Shown here piece by piece: positions 51,501 to 62,559 of a stretch of DNA of 64,000 nt. Both the position numbers and the translations under genes were made by a program. This DNA is from Enoplolaimus lenunculus (lineage: Eukaryota), in assembly GCA_030248215.1 (NCBI GenBank), contig JASANG010002574.1, positions 186,001-250,000 of the forward strand, read 5' to 3'. Under the pieces are notes generated by a model. The model was not told the origin of the DNA, made no database searches, and saw nothing but the letters and a program-made list of their open reading frames with translations. Position 1 is the first letter of the stretch; each line of letters begins with the position of its first letter.

Positions 51501-52661
51501 CGAAAAACTAAAATACGCAGTTTTATTTCATGTAGGTCAACACCTGCAAAGGCCAAATTAATTTCTCAATCAATAAGTTTGCTCACGAAACAATTGTAGA
51601 CGTTATTATCTCTTTCTAAAGGAAATCATGCTTACGTCCCTGCACTGTAAATTCCAGTGAGTTGATGTTAACTCAGAACGAGCTGAATTTACTCACAAGC
51701 TTGAGCTCTGAATAAGGACATTCAGAACTCAGATATCTGAGTTAAACTGAACTCATTCTGAGTTAATTTATCAGCTCACCCGGAGTTAACTCACCTCGGA
51801 GCGAGAATTAAACCAACTCAAAGTGAGTTAGAGCTTGCTGTTTCTAATTTAGAATTAATTTACTCGCTATCTGAGTTGTTTAATCAACTTATTAGAATTT
51901 ACAGTGTGGTTATAGTTTAAAACAGCTGGCGAACAAATTATTCAAATTTGGTCACAAGGTGAAATGGGCTGTTTTGTATATTCCGCAACAAAATGGTTCG
52001 TGTTTAGTTTTGGCCCCATATGCAAACATTAATTCGTGACATGTGATGTTATTTTGTTGCTATTACTAAAGCTTAAATGTCCACATATACGTATTTTAAG
52101 CATCGGTCCAACTGTTTTTTGATTACAACAAGGATATAAACAGGTGGTAAAACTGACGAAGACGGATCGTAATGAAAATAACGGAAACGGAAAACGGATA
52201 TTGAATTGTAAAACTTTCAAAAAAGTTGTTTCTGCCAACACAATTCACGCGTGCACATAAACACTGGTTTTATAAAAATTTGGAAGGAAAAATGGCGGAT
52301 GCATCGAAATTTTAAGATTTTAGATGAATTTCACAATTTTTATTTCGTTTCAAACAATTGCAGCATACCTGCAACGAAAAGTTGCCAGATATATACATGA
52401 TTTATAACAAACTTTGAGGGTAAAAATAACACAATTTGCGGCGTTATTTCTATAAACGGAAACGGAAACATACACCGAATTTTACCGAAAATCGGCACGG
52501 ATTTCCGGTCACACGCTGATTACAACGAATGATAAAACCGCTTAATTCGCAACGGAAGTAGTTTTTTCTTCCATTAATTGAAGCAAGTAGTACGGCAACT
52601 ATTTAGCAATAGACTTTGGTTCGTAAGCATTAAATGACTATTCCTACATATTGACTTACAT
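39600..52661 (-). CDS. Secreted extracellular-matrix protein, 865 aa: signal peptide-NIDO-Thr/Glu linker-EGF-like-EGF-vWA-Cys region-EGF-Cys-rich tail
   Basis: Ten GT-AG exons join in frame: 52661-52660, 50700-50283, 49572-48777, 48308-48135, 45575-45351, 44986-44838, 43394-43202, 42515-42258, 41845-41705, 39841-39600 (2598 nt). NIDO motifs [35 protein letters not shown] and FVFRVD. vWA motifs [11 protein letters not shown] (MIDAS), TNIGRAL, VIVITDG and AIGIG. EGFs [19 protein letters not shown] and [19 protein letters not shown]. The first exon is less certain than the internal ones. Confidence 0.9.
41157..41454. mobile_element. Family E MITE (intronic)
   Basis: TAA TSD and CCCTATTCACACGTG TIR. 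Confidence 0.8.
42561..42779. mobile_element. Family D MITE (intronic)
   Basis: TA|CACT ... CAGTG|TA palindrome. Confidence 0.8.
42867..43082. mobile_element. Family A MITE (intronic)
   Basis: TSD TCAACATT/TCAACTTT and TTAGGC tracts. Confidence 0.85.
43420..43858. mobile_element. Two abutting family A MITEs (43420-43657, 43658-43858)
   Basis: Junction ...AACATGGGCC|GGTCAGTGTATAG... with no spacer. Confidence 0.8.
44529..44827. mobile_element. Family E MITE (intronic, 10 bp from the exon end at 44838)
   Basis: TAA|AGCCCTATTCAC ... GTGAATGGAGCT|TAA. Confidence 0.85.
47195..47488 (-). repeat. Interstitial telomeric-type array (TTAGGC)n, 49 units, 33 consecutive perfect units
   Basis: GCCTAA repeats seen directly, perfect from 47279 to 47476. 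TTAGGC is the established nematode telomere repeat. Confidence 0.95.
49779..49989. mobile_element. Family A MITE (intronic)
   Basis: TSD CAAATTGT/CAAATTGG. Confidence 0.85.
50967..51229. mobile_element. piggyBac-like MITE (family F), inverted
   Basis: TTAG|CCCCTTCTCACAT ... ATGTGAGAAAGGG|TTAA. The tRNA-like segment is on the + strand at 51117-51181. Confidence 0.85.
51643..51906. mobile_element. Family B MITE
   Basis: TG|CACTGTAAATT ... AATTTACAGTG|TG. Confidence 0.85.
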
Positions 52662-54301
52662 TTTTTCGATGTCGGCGATTCGCTAAATGTTCTAAAATAT
52701 TAATTTATTACTAAATCGTTTGAGAATACTCTGAAATGCTTATAACAGCTACAACGGTGCATGTAATGATCAGTGACGGAACAGTTTTCATAGGGACTGC
52801 AATAGAGTAAGCTTAAAGCTTTAGATTAAATTTTGGCTTTAGCTTTATTTAGGCTTTGGCTTAAGCTCATTTTTATGGTTTGGCTTAGGCTTAGGCTTAT
52901 GCGTAGGTTTAGGCTTAGAAATAGTAATATGATTTTACTTCTGTTACGGTCCTGATCTATACATTGGCTATAAAGTGCAAGAATATATAGACAATTGAAT
53001 GAAACCTAGCGGTACTGTGTCCTGATTTGCGTTTTAGCAAGTTATATTAATCTTGGACATTCACAAATTATATAGTAAACAAGTGTTTAGAAGTACTTCA
53101 AGACTATATATATTGGTTTGGAATCATCAGATACGTTTTATAAAAGATAAAACGTTTAGGGTTTAGGTTTAGGCTTAGGCTTACTTGAAAAGTCACTATA
53201 AACTGGCATAATCGAAATTAGCGAGAACGAGAAATATGTGTTCGATTTTGAGACAAAATAATTTTCGTATACTTCGATAGCATTAAAATACAAGTATGGA
53301 TATTTTTGTAAATATAAAAATATTGAACTTTTTCGCTTAATAAATGTTTGAAAACGCACACAAACTTCATTTTGAGCGTCGTTTTTAATATATTTGAGAC
53401 TTAATATTTTGAGATTAGAAAATTAAAATTTCATTTTTATTCTTCTTCTCGCGTAACTGCAATGTCCAGACACAATTTCATTGCAAGAAAAAGTGGCTGT
53501 GTTATTGCTTGCTTGTCGTGGCGCAACAAATATATTAATTTTAAAGTTGACAACTGAGGAAAATTGTTAATATTTTCTACAGGTTGAAGGTCAATGAGCG
53601 AAGAAATAGGAAAAACTATTCAAATTTATTCTGTGACCGATTGTAGATATTAGTTTGAGGGACTCAAGGTAAAATATCCTGTCAAACCGAGGTGTGACTT
53701 GTGCGATAATAAAATTTGACAATAAAGGAATGTGTGAAAAGTTTATTATTCTTACAATTGTAAATTTTTCTTTTAAAACAATTTAAATATAAATACAAAA
53801 CGTTCAATATTACTGCATAGCACTCACAGTTTTAATGCAAATATCAGCCAATGTATAGAATCCGGCCGAAACAGCAGTATAAGCATATTCCTAAACCTAA
53901 GACGAACTTTAAGACAGAGGTATAACACTTAAACCTAATCGCAAGCCTAAGCAAAATAATTAGCATAGAAACTTAAGAGGATTGTAGTCCTATAGCAAAA
54001 ATAGTTTAATGTTTAAGGTTTTACTCAATTGCAGTCTCAGAGAAAAACGTTCCGCCCGTAATATTTACATGAGCCAAAAATTCTATAATACAGCAACTTT
54101 TTCAGGGTTTTAAAATACGAAAACATTAAATTTTGTTTTCAGAGATTTCACTTGCCAAATCACAACCATTTTTGTAAGGTCACAAAGCATTCTGTAAGCT
54201 GTCAGAAGTGAATTTCAGGTCTTGACCTCTGGTTGATTTGCCTAAATTAAAAACTAAGTAACAGATAAATATAAATTACATTTATTAACGCATAAAAAGT
54301 A

Positions 54302-54723
54302 CTGTAGTGACCCGAAAAAGAGGCCCCCATTTTGAGCCCCAATCAGTAGAAGGTTCGTTTCCCTAATTAGAGACCGTACGCGGATACAGTTCCTAAACCC
54401 TAATTAGAGTCCATAAATGTCAATTATCCCTAATTATAGTGCATAGATGACTCTAGAACCAAATAAATTTGATTTAGGAATTTTAAAGCACACTAAACTA
54501 TTGAAAGTACATTCCTATACATAACCTTGCATTATCGCTCAAGCTTTTGATACAAAACCAATAAACGTTTACAGATGATTGCAGTACTGAATATATATCA
54601 GTAACGAATGATGGTGGAGCGTTGGTTAAAAATAAATAACAGTCCGTAACCGAATAATAGGGTGTACCCACTGGAGAGGCCTAACAAATATTACTCCATT
54701 CCTTTTATTCTGTGTCACTACAG
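54302..54723. mobile_element. Family C MITE
   Basis: TA|CTGTAGTGAC ... GTCACTACAG|TA. Confidence 0.85.
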
Positions 54724-55800
54724 TACGCCGCGTGGTAGATTACACAGGAGCAACTTTCACAAATACATTATTTTAATAATAAAGTTTGCAAAACCAACAC
54801 AGAAAACACTTGAAATATTGGAATTTACTGGACAAATGTTGAACTGGTGAAGAAAATTAGAAATTTTTGAAAATACGAAACTCTCAGATCATCTGTCAAT
54901 TAGCAACATTCCATACAAAAATAGCCGAATGAATGAAAGAAGTCATAACATAAAACACATTCTTTTAATTTATATATGTCAAATTGTTATATTGTTTTTC
55001 TTATTATTATTACTATTATTACTATTATTATTAATATTGTTGTTGTTGCTGTTGGTGTTGTTGTTGCTTTCATTTTTATTAAGGAACAATTAGCAATTTA
55101 TTCAAAAATTAATGTCATACCGTTACAGACACCATCGACCAATCACAATTGGTGTCACGCACTGAACGGCTAATTTGGTAGCAATTTTCACAACTAAAAT
55201 TTAACCACAAAATGTTCCATTTTCATTTACCAATTGAAAATCAACAAAAAAAGCCACCATTAATATTTGTCGCAATTAATTACTTTATTTTCTGAAACGC
55301 AAGCAAAAATTTGTGTAAATTTTTCTATTTTTGCCACAAAAAAACAGTGTGAAACTTTGTGCTGTTTTTTTCTGAATAAATATTTCTACGAGATGTTGGT
55401 TGACGCGCATTTTGCGTTGAATAAATATTTTCGCCGCATCAAAAATCGTCCCGTATAACCGTCCGTGTTTCTCTCTCGCGTAAATCATAAGTTTTAGGTC
55501 TCGTTTAAATCAAATGTTACACAATTTGTTTTAAAATTTTTATTACATATTTAACAATCATGTTCAATGCAATTTTTACAAGACGTGTTTAGCAATACAA
55601 CAACAATAATTGTGTTGTATTTGACACATTTCAAGGACATCGAATCACCACAAAACGAAACTTTCGTCTAATTAATGTACAAAATGTTAGATTTGGGCAA
55701 AAACGATTGTAGTTGATTTTGGCACGTTGATCGTGTAGAAAAATTGGGGCCTGTGCCTAGATGGCGCTCGAAGAGGGCGTTCAACACCCATAGAACAGTT

Positions 55801-56017
55801 GGCCAATGTTACTTTAACGGGCGTAACAGTAGATTAAGCGTATTCCTAAGCCTAACCCGTAAAGCCTAAACGTTGCAAAAATGAGTTCCTAAGCCTAAGT
55901 CTATTAAGTCTAAGCAAAAAAAACGTAATCTAGAGCCGAAGCCTACTTTTACTCTTTTATAGACCCACCAGAAACCTGGACGCCCCTAAAAGTAACATTG
56001 GCCGAGTAACATGGGCC
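55801..56017. mobile_element. Family A MITE with duplicated right TIR
   Basis: Perfect TSD GAACAGTT. The right end reads AGTAACATTGGCC-G-AGTAACATGGGCC. Confidence 0.9.
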
Positions 56018-56104
56018 GAACAGTTTAACTTGGGCCTAAAAAGGGTTCTGTTTCGCTTGTAGAGTCATCTGACCACCTTGTATGCCACTCGTGAAATTTT
56101 TTAA

Positions 56105-56450
56105 CCTCATTGTTGCTGTATCATCAGAGTTGTTCTTAGTCGTTCAGTGTCCAAGACTCAGCTGGTTCGTGGCTACTTCCGGCCTGCACCAGAGGTCTAC
56201 GTTTCAGCGTAGTATAGATTTCGCTGGACATCGAAAAAGATGCGAGACGTTATGTTGAAGATACTGATTGCAGTTCGGATGCCTCGTCCTGGATGTTTGG
56301 GTGTACGCATGCTTATGTTCTACTCAAAAGTATGACATCGTACGGAAGCCGCTCCCACTCCCCTGTTGCGCGAAGGATGACCAAAGACCATCCATTTATC
56401 AGACCGTTCTTAGCATCCTTGCAACGGGAACCGGCGCCAATCAGCTGTAG
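56105..56450 (-). mobile_element. Decayed 3' fragment of a non-LTR retrotransposon (C-terminal zinc-knuckle region)
   Basis: Minus-strand translation with a frameshift and stops: HPNIQDE/PNCNQYLQHNVSHLFRCPAKSILR*NVDLWCRP. This matches the CxxC..HLFxCP..DLW..P pattern at the end of ORF2 in several LINE clades. A short CAA-like tail follows. Confidence 0.6.
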
Positions 56451-56626
56451 ACAGTAAAAGCGAGAAGCTAAACGAAATTTTAGACATACAGAGTTGTGGT
56501 TTTGATAATCAAAGACGACCGAACTAATTTGATGCGCACGTGAAAATCCTTAGTTTGTTGTTTTTAGTTGTAAGTATTAATACTAAATTATAATATTCAG
56601 ATGATATATAAGTTGTTAGCAACGCT

Positions 56627-56821
56627 GGCCCATGTAAAGGTCAGGAGCGGAACGTTTTCCTGTGGAACTATGATAGAATAAGCATAAGCCTTAGACTAAT
56701 TTTTGCGATTGGCTTAGTCTTAGGCTTATGTTTAGGAATAAGCTCATTCTTACGCTCAGGCTTAGGCTTATGCTTAGGAGTTAGCTTATAAGATTGTTCG
56801 ACCCTGTTGTTTACATTGGCC
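56627..56821. mobile_element. Family A MITE
   Basis: GGCCCATGTAAA ... TTTACATTGGCC with perfect TSD GCAACGCT. Confidence 0.9.
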
Positions 56822-58351
56822 GCAACGCTTAATATTAATTCTAAGTTAAGTAGTGTCATATAGAGACCTTCATGACATTTTAAGTTGAACAAAACAATGT
56901 TTATTCATCAAAATTTCATAGTTATTGTAAATGGAATACGAGTATGTCGGTTTAACGTTCAATACTTAAATATTAATTCAAACTTTGAGTTAAAAACTAA
57001 AGAATATATTTACTGAAATGAATAGTTTTTCATTCGGGTTGTTGTTCGATCATAATAGAAACGCTGGCCCATGTTACTTTTATGGCCGTCTGATTTTTTG
57101 TTAGTACTGTAAATGAGTACTTTTCAATTGTAATTATGACTTTGGTTGTAGACCATATTTTTGCTTAAGCTTATGCTTAGGAATATGCTTAACATATTGG
57201 CCGAAATCGTTAAAGATTATTTACGACATCAACTTCCGCCAAAATTTTCTAGCGCAAACATCTAAAACCGTGCGTAGTAGGAAATTATTAATCTTTTGTC
57301 AAATGTTCAAAAAAGTTTAGAGGAAAATTAAAACTGAAAAATATGTTTTTTAGAAAATTGGTGTTAATAAAAATTGTGCATTAATCAAACTATTCATATT
57401 ATTAAAGCTGGAACGCCCCACATACGTATTTTGGACATTGTTCCAAACACAGAAGTAAACAAACTTTCGCCATTATTGTTATGCAAAAGGATTTTTGAGA
57501 ATAGATTCATTGATATGGTCTAATTTATTTCGTACGGAACCGACTCGATTCTTGTTAGGTGTTATAAGCTGTCTTTATTCAATCGAAACAAACCAATGTA
57601 TGTTAACACCTTCGAAACATTATTGACTGTAATGTTGAACAAACCATCTTTGACTTGAGTTTAAGCGAGAACGATGAGGTCAAATTTTAGAACTCAAAAT
57701 TTTGAGTTGCTTCAATCCGTTCTGAATTAATTACTCAACTCACGCAGAGTCAACTCAACTCAGAGTAAGAATCAACTCAACTGAGACGAACTGATATAAA
57801 TTCAGAAATAACCAACTCGCTAGCTGAATTGACTAATCAACTCATTGAAACTTACAGTGTACATTATAAATATCTATTTTTTCAAAACGTTTAGAGTAAC
57901 ACTTGAGCAAATAAGCACGGTATTAATAAACGAAACCTATTTCTATGCTACGGACGTTTATAGACGTATCTGCGATATACAGTAGCGGACACCATTAGCG
58001 TCAATTGCTAACTGCTTCTACACGACGGTTCAGCGACAGGTTTCGTAACTGAAATACAAACAACATCGTCATGACAATAATATTTAGAGGCCCGTACCTA
58101 AAAGGAACCCAGGGAAACACAGACTCTGCAAGATATCACAAGACTTTTGACAGTGGTTCCGGCAATTTATTTTTGGGGGGTGTATGTCTAAAACAAACGT
58201 TATACCATAAAAAATACGACATACCTGCAGCATATAAAATGTACTTCCATCTCGAGGAAGCATTTATGCGCAAAATTAGTAAATAATATATATTTTTGGT
58301 TCCAGTTTGCGGAGAAAGCAATATATATGTATATATAAATATAAATATATA

Positions 58352-58382
<31 letters not shown>

Positions 58383-60780
58383 AATTGCGCTTGGGTGCAA
58401 AAATAGCAAAATGTATTTTTTCTAACATATGACTTTTAATGTATAACATTAGAAACCCTTTGAAAAATTTGTTTTTTTCTACACCTTCCGTACATCTGTA
58501 AAGTAAAAAGTATTGAACAACCACTAATACATGCGAGTATTTTACGATGCATTTTGCCACATTTTTTGACTATTTCTAAACGCTTTTAATATGAAAATCT
58601 GCTGATGCTGCTGCTGTTTCGCGTTTTAGTGCATTTTTAGAAACAAATTTTTCAATTTTGGCTTTTCATTTTTTAAAAAACTTACAATTTTTGAACTTGG
58701 ATTTGACGTCGTTAATATGTATTTTTTTGTGTTGTATTGTGTTTGAATAAACTTATATTATTTAATAATAAAGACGATTGGTAATTTTTGTTTATTTTGT
58801 TAATTGATTAAATGTTTTCGAAAAAACTCTGAATAAATTATTATTATTATTATTATTACGTTGGCTCGTTTTACGTTTATGGATATATACTTTAATATTT
58901 ATTAATATTTGGTTTTTTTGAGAGATTTAAAAACAAATAAATGTTACAGTTAATATCGCGCACCGTAAAATGCAGTTAATTGATTTTAACTCAAAATGAG
59001 TTGAATCCACTCACAAGTCTGAGCTCTGAATTAGGTCTTTCAAATATCAGAATTCTGAAATGCATGAATTCATTCTGAGCTAATTAGTGAACTCACCCGG
59101 AATTGAATCAGCTCAGAGAAAGTTAATATCAACTGTTATTAACTCAGAATTTACAAGAAATAACAAATTTTTTCTCTGCGTTGATTGATCAACTCATTGG
59201 AATTTACAGTGCGTTGACTTTGGATTAATATGCTTTTTATGAAAACCAAGGGTAAAAGTGCTATTTTTAGGTTTAAACAATATTAATACTAAACAGCAAT
59301 TTTATATTGGGTTTCGTGATATCAGTTGTTAACACTTGCATTTAAGCCTAGAGAAATAGTTAACCCAATGAGTAATATATACCTACTGTATATTCCAATG
59401 AGTCACAGACGGAAAGTTAGTTATTTCTTAGTTAATAACAGAAAACTTTAACTCACTACGAGTTGAGTTAACTCCGGGTGAGTTGTTCACTTAACTTAAA
59501 TTTAGTTGAATGAACTCACAATTCTGAATTCTGATAGTCCTAACTCAGTGTGGGCGATTCCGCTTTTTCATATTGGGTTCCGGAGAACCAGTTGTTGAAA
59601 TTTGCATTTAAGCCTAGAACCCAATGCGTATATCACAGTAAATTTCAATGAGTTAATTAATCAAGAGTCAGACGGAAAGTTAGTTATTTCCTAGTTAGTA
59701 ACAGAAAACTTTAAACTCACTACAAGTTGAGTTGATTTTCACTCCGAGCTGAGCTGACTCCAAGTGAGTTGTTTAATTAACCCAAATTCAGTTGAATGAA
59801 CTCAGAATTCTGAGTTGCGACAGTCGTATCGCAGACAGAGCGATTCAACTTATCCTGAATTTAAATCAACTCACTGAAATTTAAAGTATATATTCAGTGA
59901 GTTGATTTTAACGCAGCGTGAGGTGAATCCGCTAAGAAACCTGAGCTCTAGTTTGTCTTTCAAAACTCAGAATTTTGAACTCATTGAACTCGTTCTGAGT
60001 CAATTAATCAACTTACCAGGAACTCAAATCAACTCAGAGCAAGTTGATGTTTCCTGTGATTAACTCAGAAATATCCAGAAATGACGCTCTGTGAGTTGAT
60101 TAATACAAGTCATCGGAATTTACAGCGTAATACACTTGTCATGCACTGTAAATTCCAGTGTGTTGATTTTAACTCAGAATGAGTTGAATTCACTCAGAAG
60201 ACTGAGCTTTGAATAAGGTCTTTCAGAACTCAGAATTGTGAATTGATTGAACTCATTCCGAGTTAATTAATCAACTGACCCAGAATTAAATCACCTCAGA
60301 CTGAGTTAATGTTTACTGTTATTAACTCAGGAATCAGAAACAACTAATTATCAGTCTTAGTTGATTAATCAACTCATTGGAATTTACAGTGTGGACAAAA
60401 ATTGAACCGCAAATAGTTATATAGGTTTGGTAAATAGTTTTATCTGATCATAATAGTACACTGTAAATTCCAATGAGTTGAATAATCAACTTAGCTAGCG
60501 AGTTAGTTATTTCTGAGATAATAACAATAAGCTTTAAATTCCCTCTGAATTGAGTTGATTTTTACTCTCGAGTTGAATTAACTCACAAATCTGAATTCTG
60601 ATAGTCCTAACTACAGACTGAGTAATTCAACTCACTCTGAGTTAAAATCAACTCACTGCAATTTACAGTGTATATGGCTTTCCAAGTGAATAATTCACGT
60701 TATATGTATCACTAAAATGGACCTTGTAAATAAATTATTACCATCATTGTCGTACATTTTGCTAATTACAATTTTGTCAG

Positions 60781-62559
60781 CGCAGTTTCAATTTATTGCA
60801 TTAGAAGCAGCGAATGTCGTTTCGTATCGTTGTCCCGTACCGGAAGCTGACATTCCAACAGTACAGAGTAAGCTTTAAGGTTTTAAACCAAAGAATATAG
60901 TTTTATTGGCAAAAATCACAGTGAGTTGATTTTTAACCGAGTTGAGTCACTCAATCTGAGTTAGGACGTTCAGAACTCAAAATTTTGAGTCAATAAAATT
61001 CACTCTGAGTCAACTATTCAACTGACACAGAATCAACAAAATTCACAGTGGAAATCAACTAAGCCCAGAGTGAGTTAATGTTTACTGTTATTTACTCAGA
61101 AATATTTAACTGTATAGCTCAGTTAATTAATCAACTCATTGGAATTTACAGTGTAATTAATTTTTAAAAAAACTACTGAAACTAGTTCTACTGTGCAAGT
61201 CCAAGTTGGTATGAAAAACAAGTTCTCGGACAAAACACTATTGAATATATACGAAATGTTTACTTTAATAGCTGTTCACATTACACTGTAAATTCCAATG
61301 AGTTGGTTAATTTACTCAGAGCGAGGATTAATTGTTTTCGGTTACTTCTGAGTTAATAACAATAAATAAATATTAACTCACTCTGAGCTGATTTATTTCC
61401 GGGTGCGCTGATTAATTAAAAGTAAGTAAATCAATTAAGAATTCCGAGTTCTGAAACACCTAATTCAAAGCTCAGACCGCTAAGTGGATTAAACTCATTC
61501 TGAATTAAAATCAAGTCACTGAAATATAAAGTGTAACAAATCATTTGTTAAGTTTTCTTCATTCCTACAAAACATTTTCAACAAAAATGTTTGTTAACCC
61601 TTTCACTCATAGAGTATACTATGAGCAACTAAATACAATAATATACGAGCAATACACACACTGTGAGCAGTGTTTAACATTTATAACATATATGCGCAGT
61701 ACAAAATCTTCACAAGCCGTGAGAGCTAACTCGGGCTCGAGCGTCACGCTCCTATAGCTCAGTGGTCATTGTAAACGCCTCCCTCCCGTAAGACTGGGGA
61801 TCGAATCTTACCGTGAAATTACATCTTATATGAAATCGAAAATATTCTTGTGAGAAAGGGTTAATGAAAAAATTCTTACTTAGTATCTTTAAAATAGAAA
61901 AGCGCACTGTAAATTCCAGTGAGTTGTTTTAATTCAGAATGAGTTGAATCACTCAGTCTGAGTTAGGACTATCAGAACTCAGAAATTTGAGTTGATTCAA
62001 TTCATTCTGAGTTAATTAAGCATATCACCCATAGTCAACTCAACTCACAATGAGAATCAAATCAACTCAGAGTGAGTTAAAGTTTTCTGTTATTAACTCA
62101 GAAATAATTAACTTTCCGTCTGAGTTGATTAATTAACTCATTGGAATTTACAGTGCGTTTAAAATAGCGTTTTATTTTTTGACACGTTTTCTTAATTTTA
62201 ATTTTGGGTTTTAATAAAATATCACAAAATTCTACCACGTTTGACTTTTATTCTGCAATTTTAAATAATTAATTTTTTCAGAATGCAAATGGCGTCAATT
62301 TGAAGGCAATCGAGCCTTGAATTTTTGGACTCCAGCCATACGAGGTGTGTCAATTTGTGTCGCCGAAACCCGAGATCGAGCCCAATGTCGCCGGTTGTGT
62401 GAAACACTGCAACCAGGTTGCGCTGCGATCCATTGGTGTGCAACATCGTGCGTCCTGTACAACTGTCGACTCCTTACTCAATCGTCAAATGGGCCAAAAC
62501 AGTTGTCACTCATCGAACCGATTAATGATATTTATTTTGAAGAAATTGAAAATTGTTAA
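60781..62559 (+). CDS. PAN/apple-domain protein, last two exons (60781-60867; 62282-62559), 5' exon(s) not located
   Basis: TTGTCAG|exon (QFQFIALEAANVVSYRCPVPEADIPTVQ)|GTAAGC splices in phase 1 to TTTTCAG|exon CKWRQFEG...CRRLCETLQPGCAAIHWCATSCVLYN...IYFEEIENC*. The Cys spacing and terminal YFE..C are typical of PAN domains. Confidence 0.7.
61598..61860. mobile_element. Divergent family F piggyBac-like MITE
   Basis: TTAA|CCCTTTC ... GAGAAAGGG|TTAA, retaining GCTCCTATAGCTCAGTGG...GGGATCGAATC. Confidence 0.8.

Noticed and set aside
58071..58286. 71-aa ORF before an AT-rich microsatellite
   Set aside because: No recognisable motif, signal peptide or splice link to the PAN exons.
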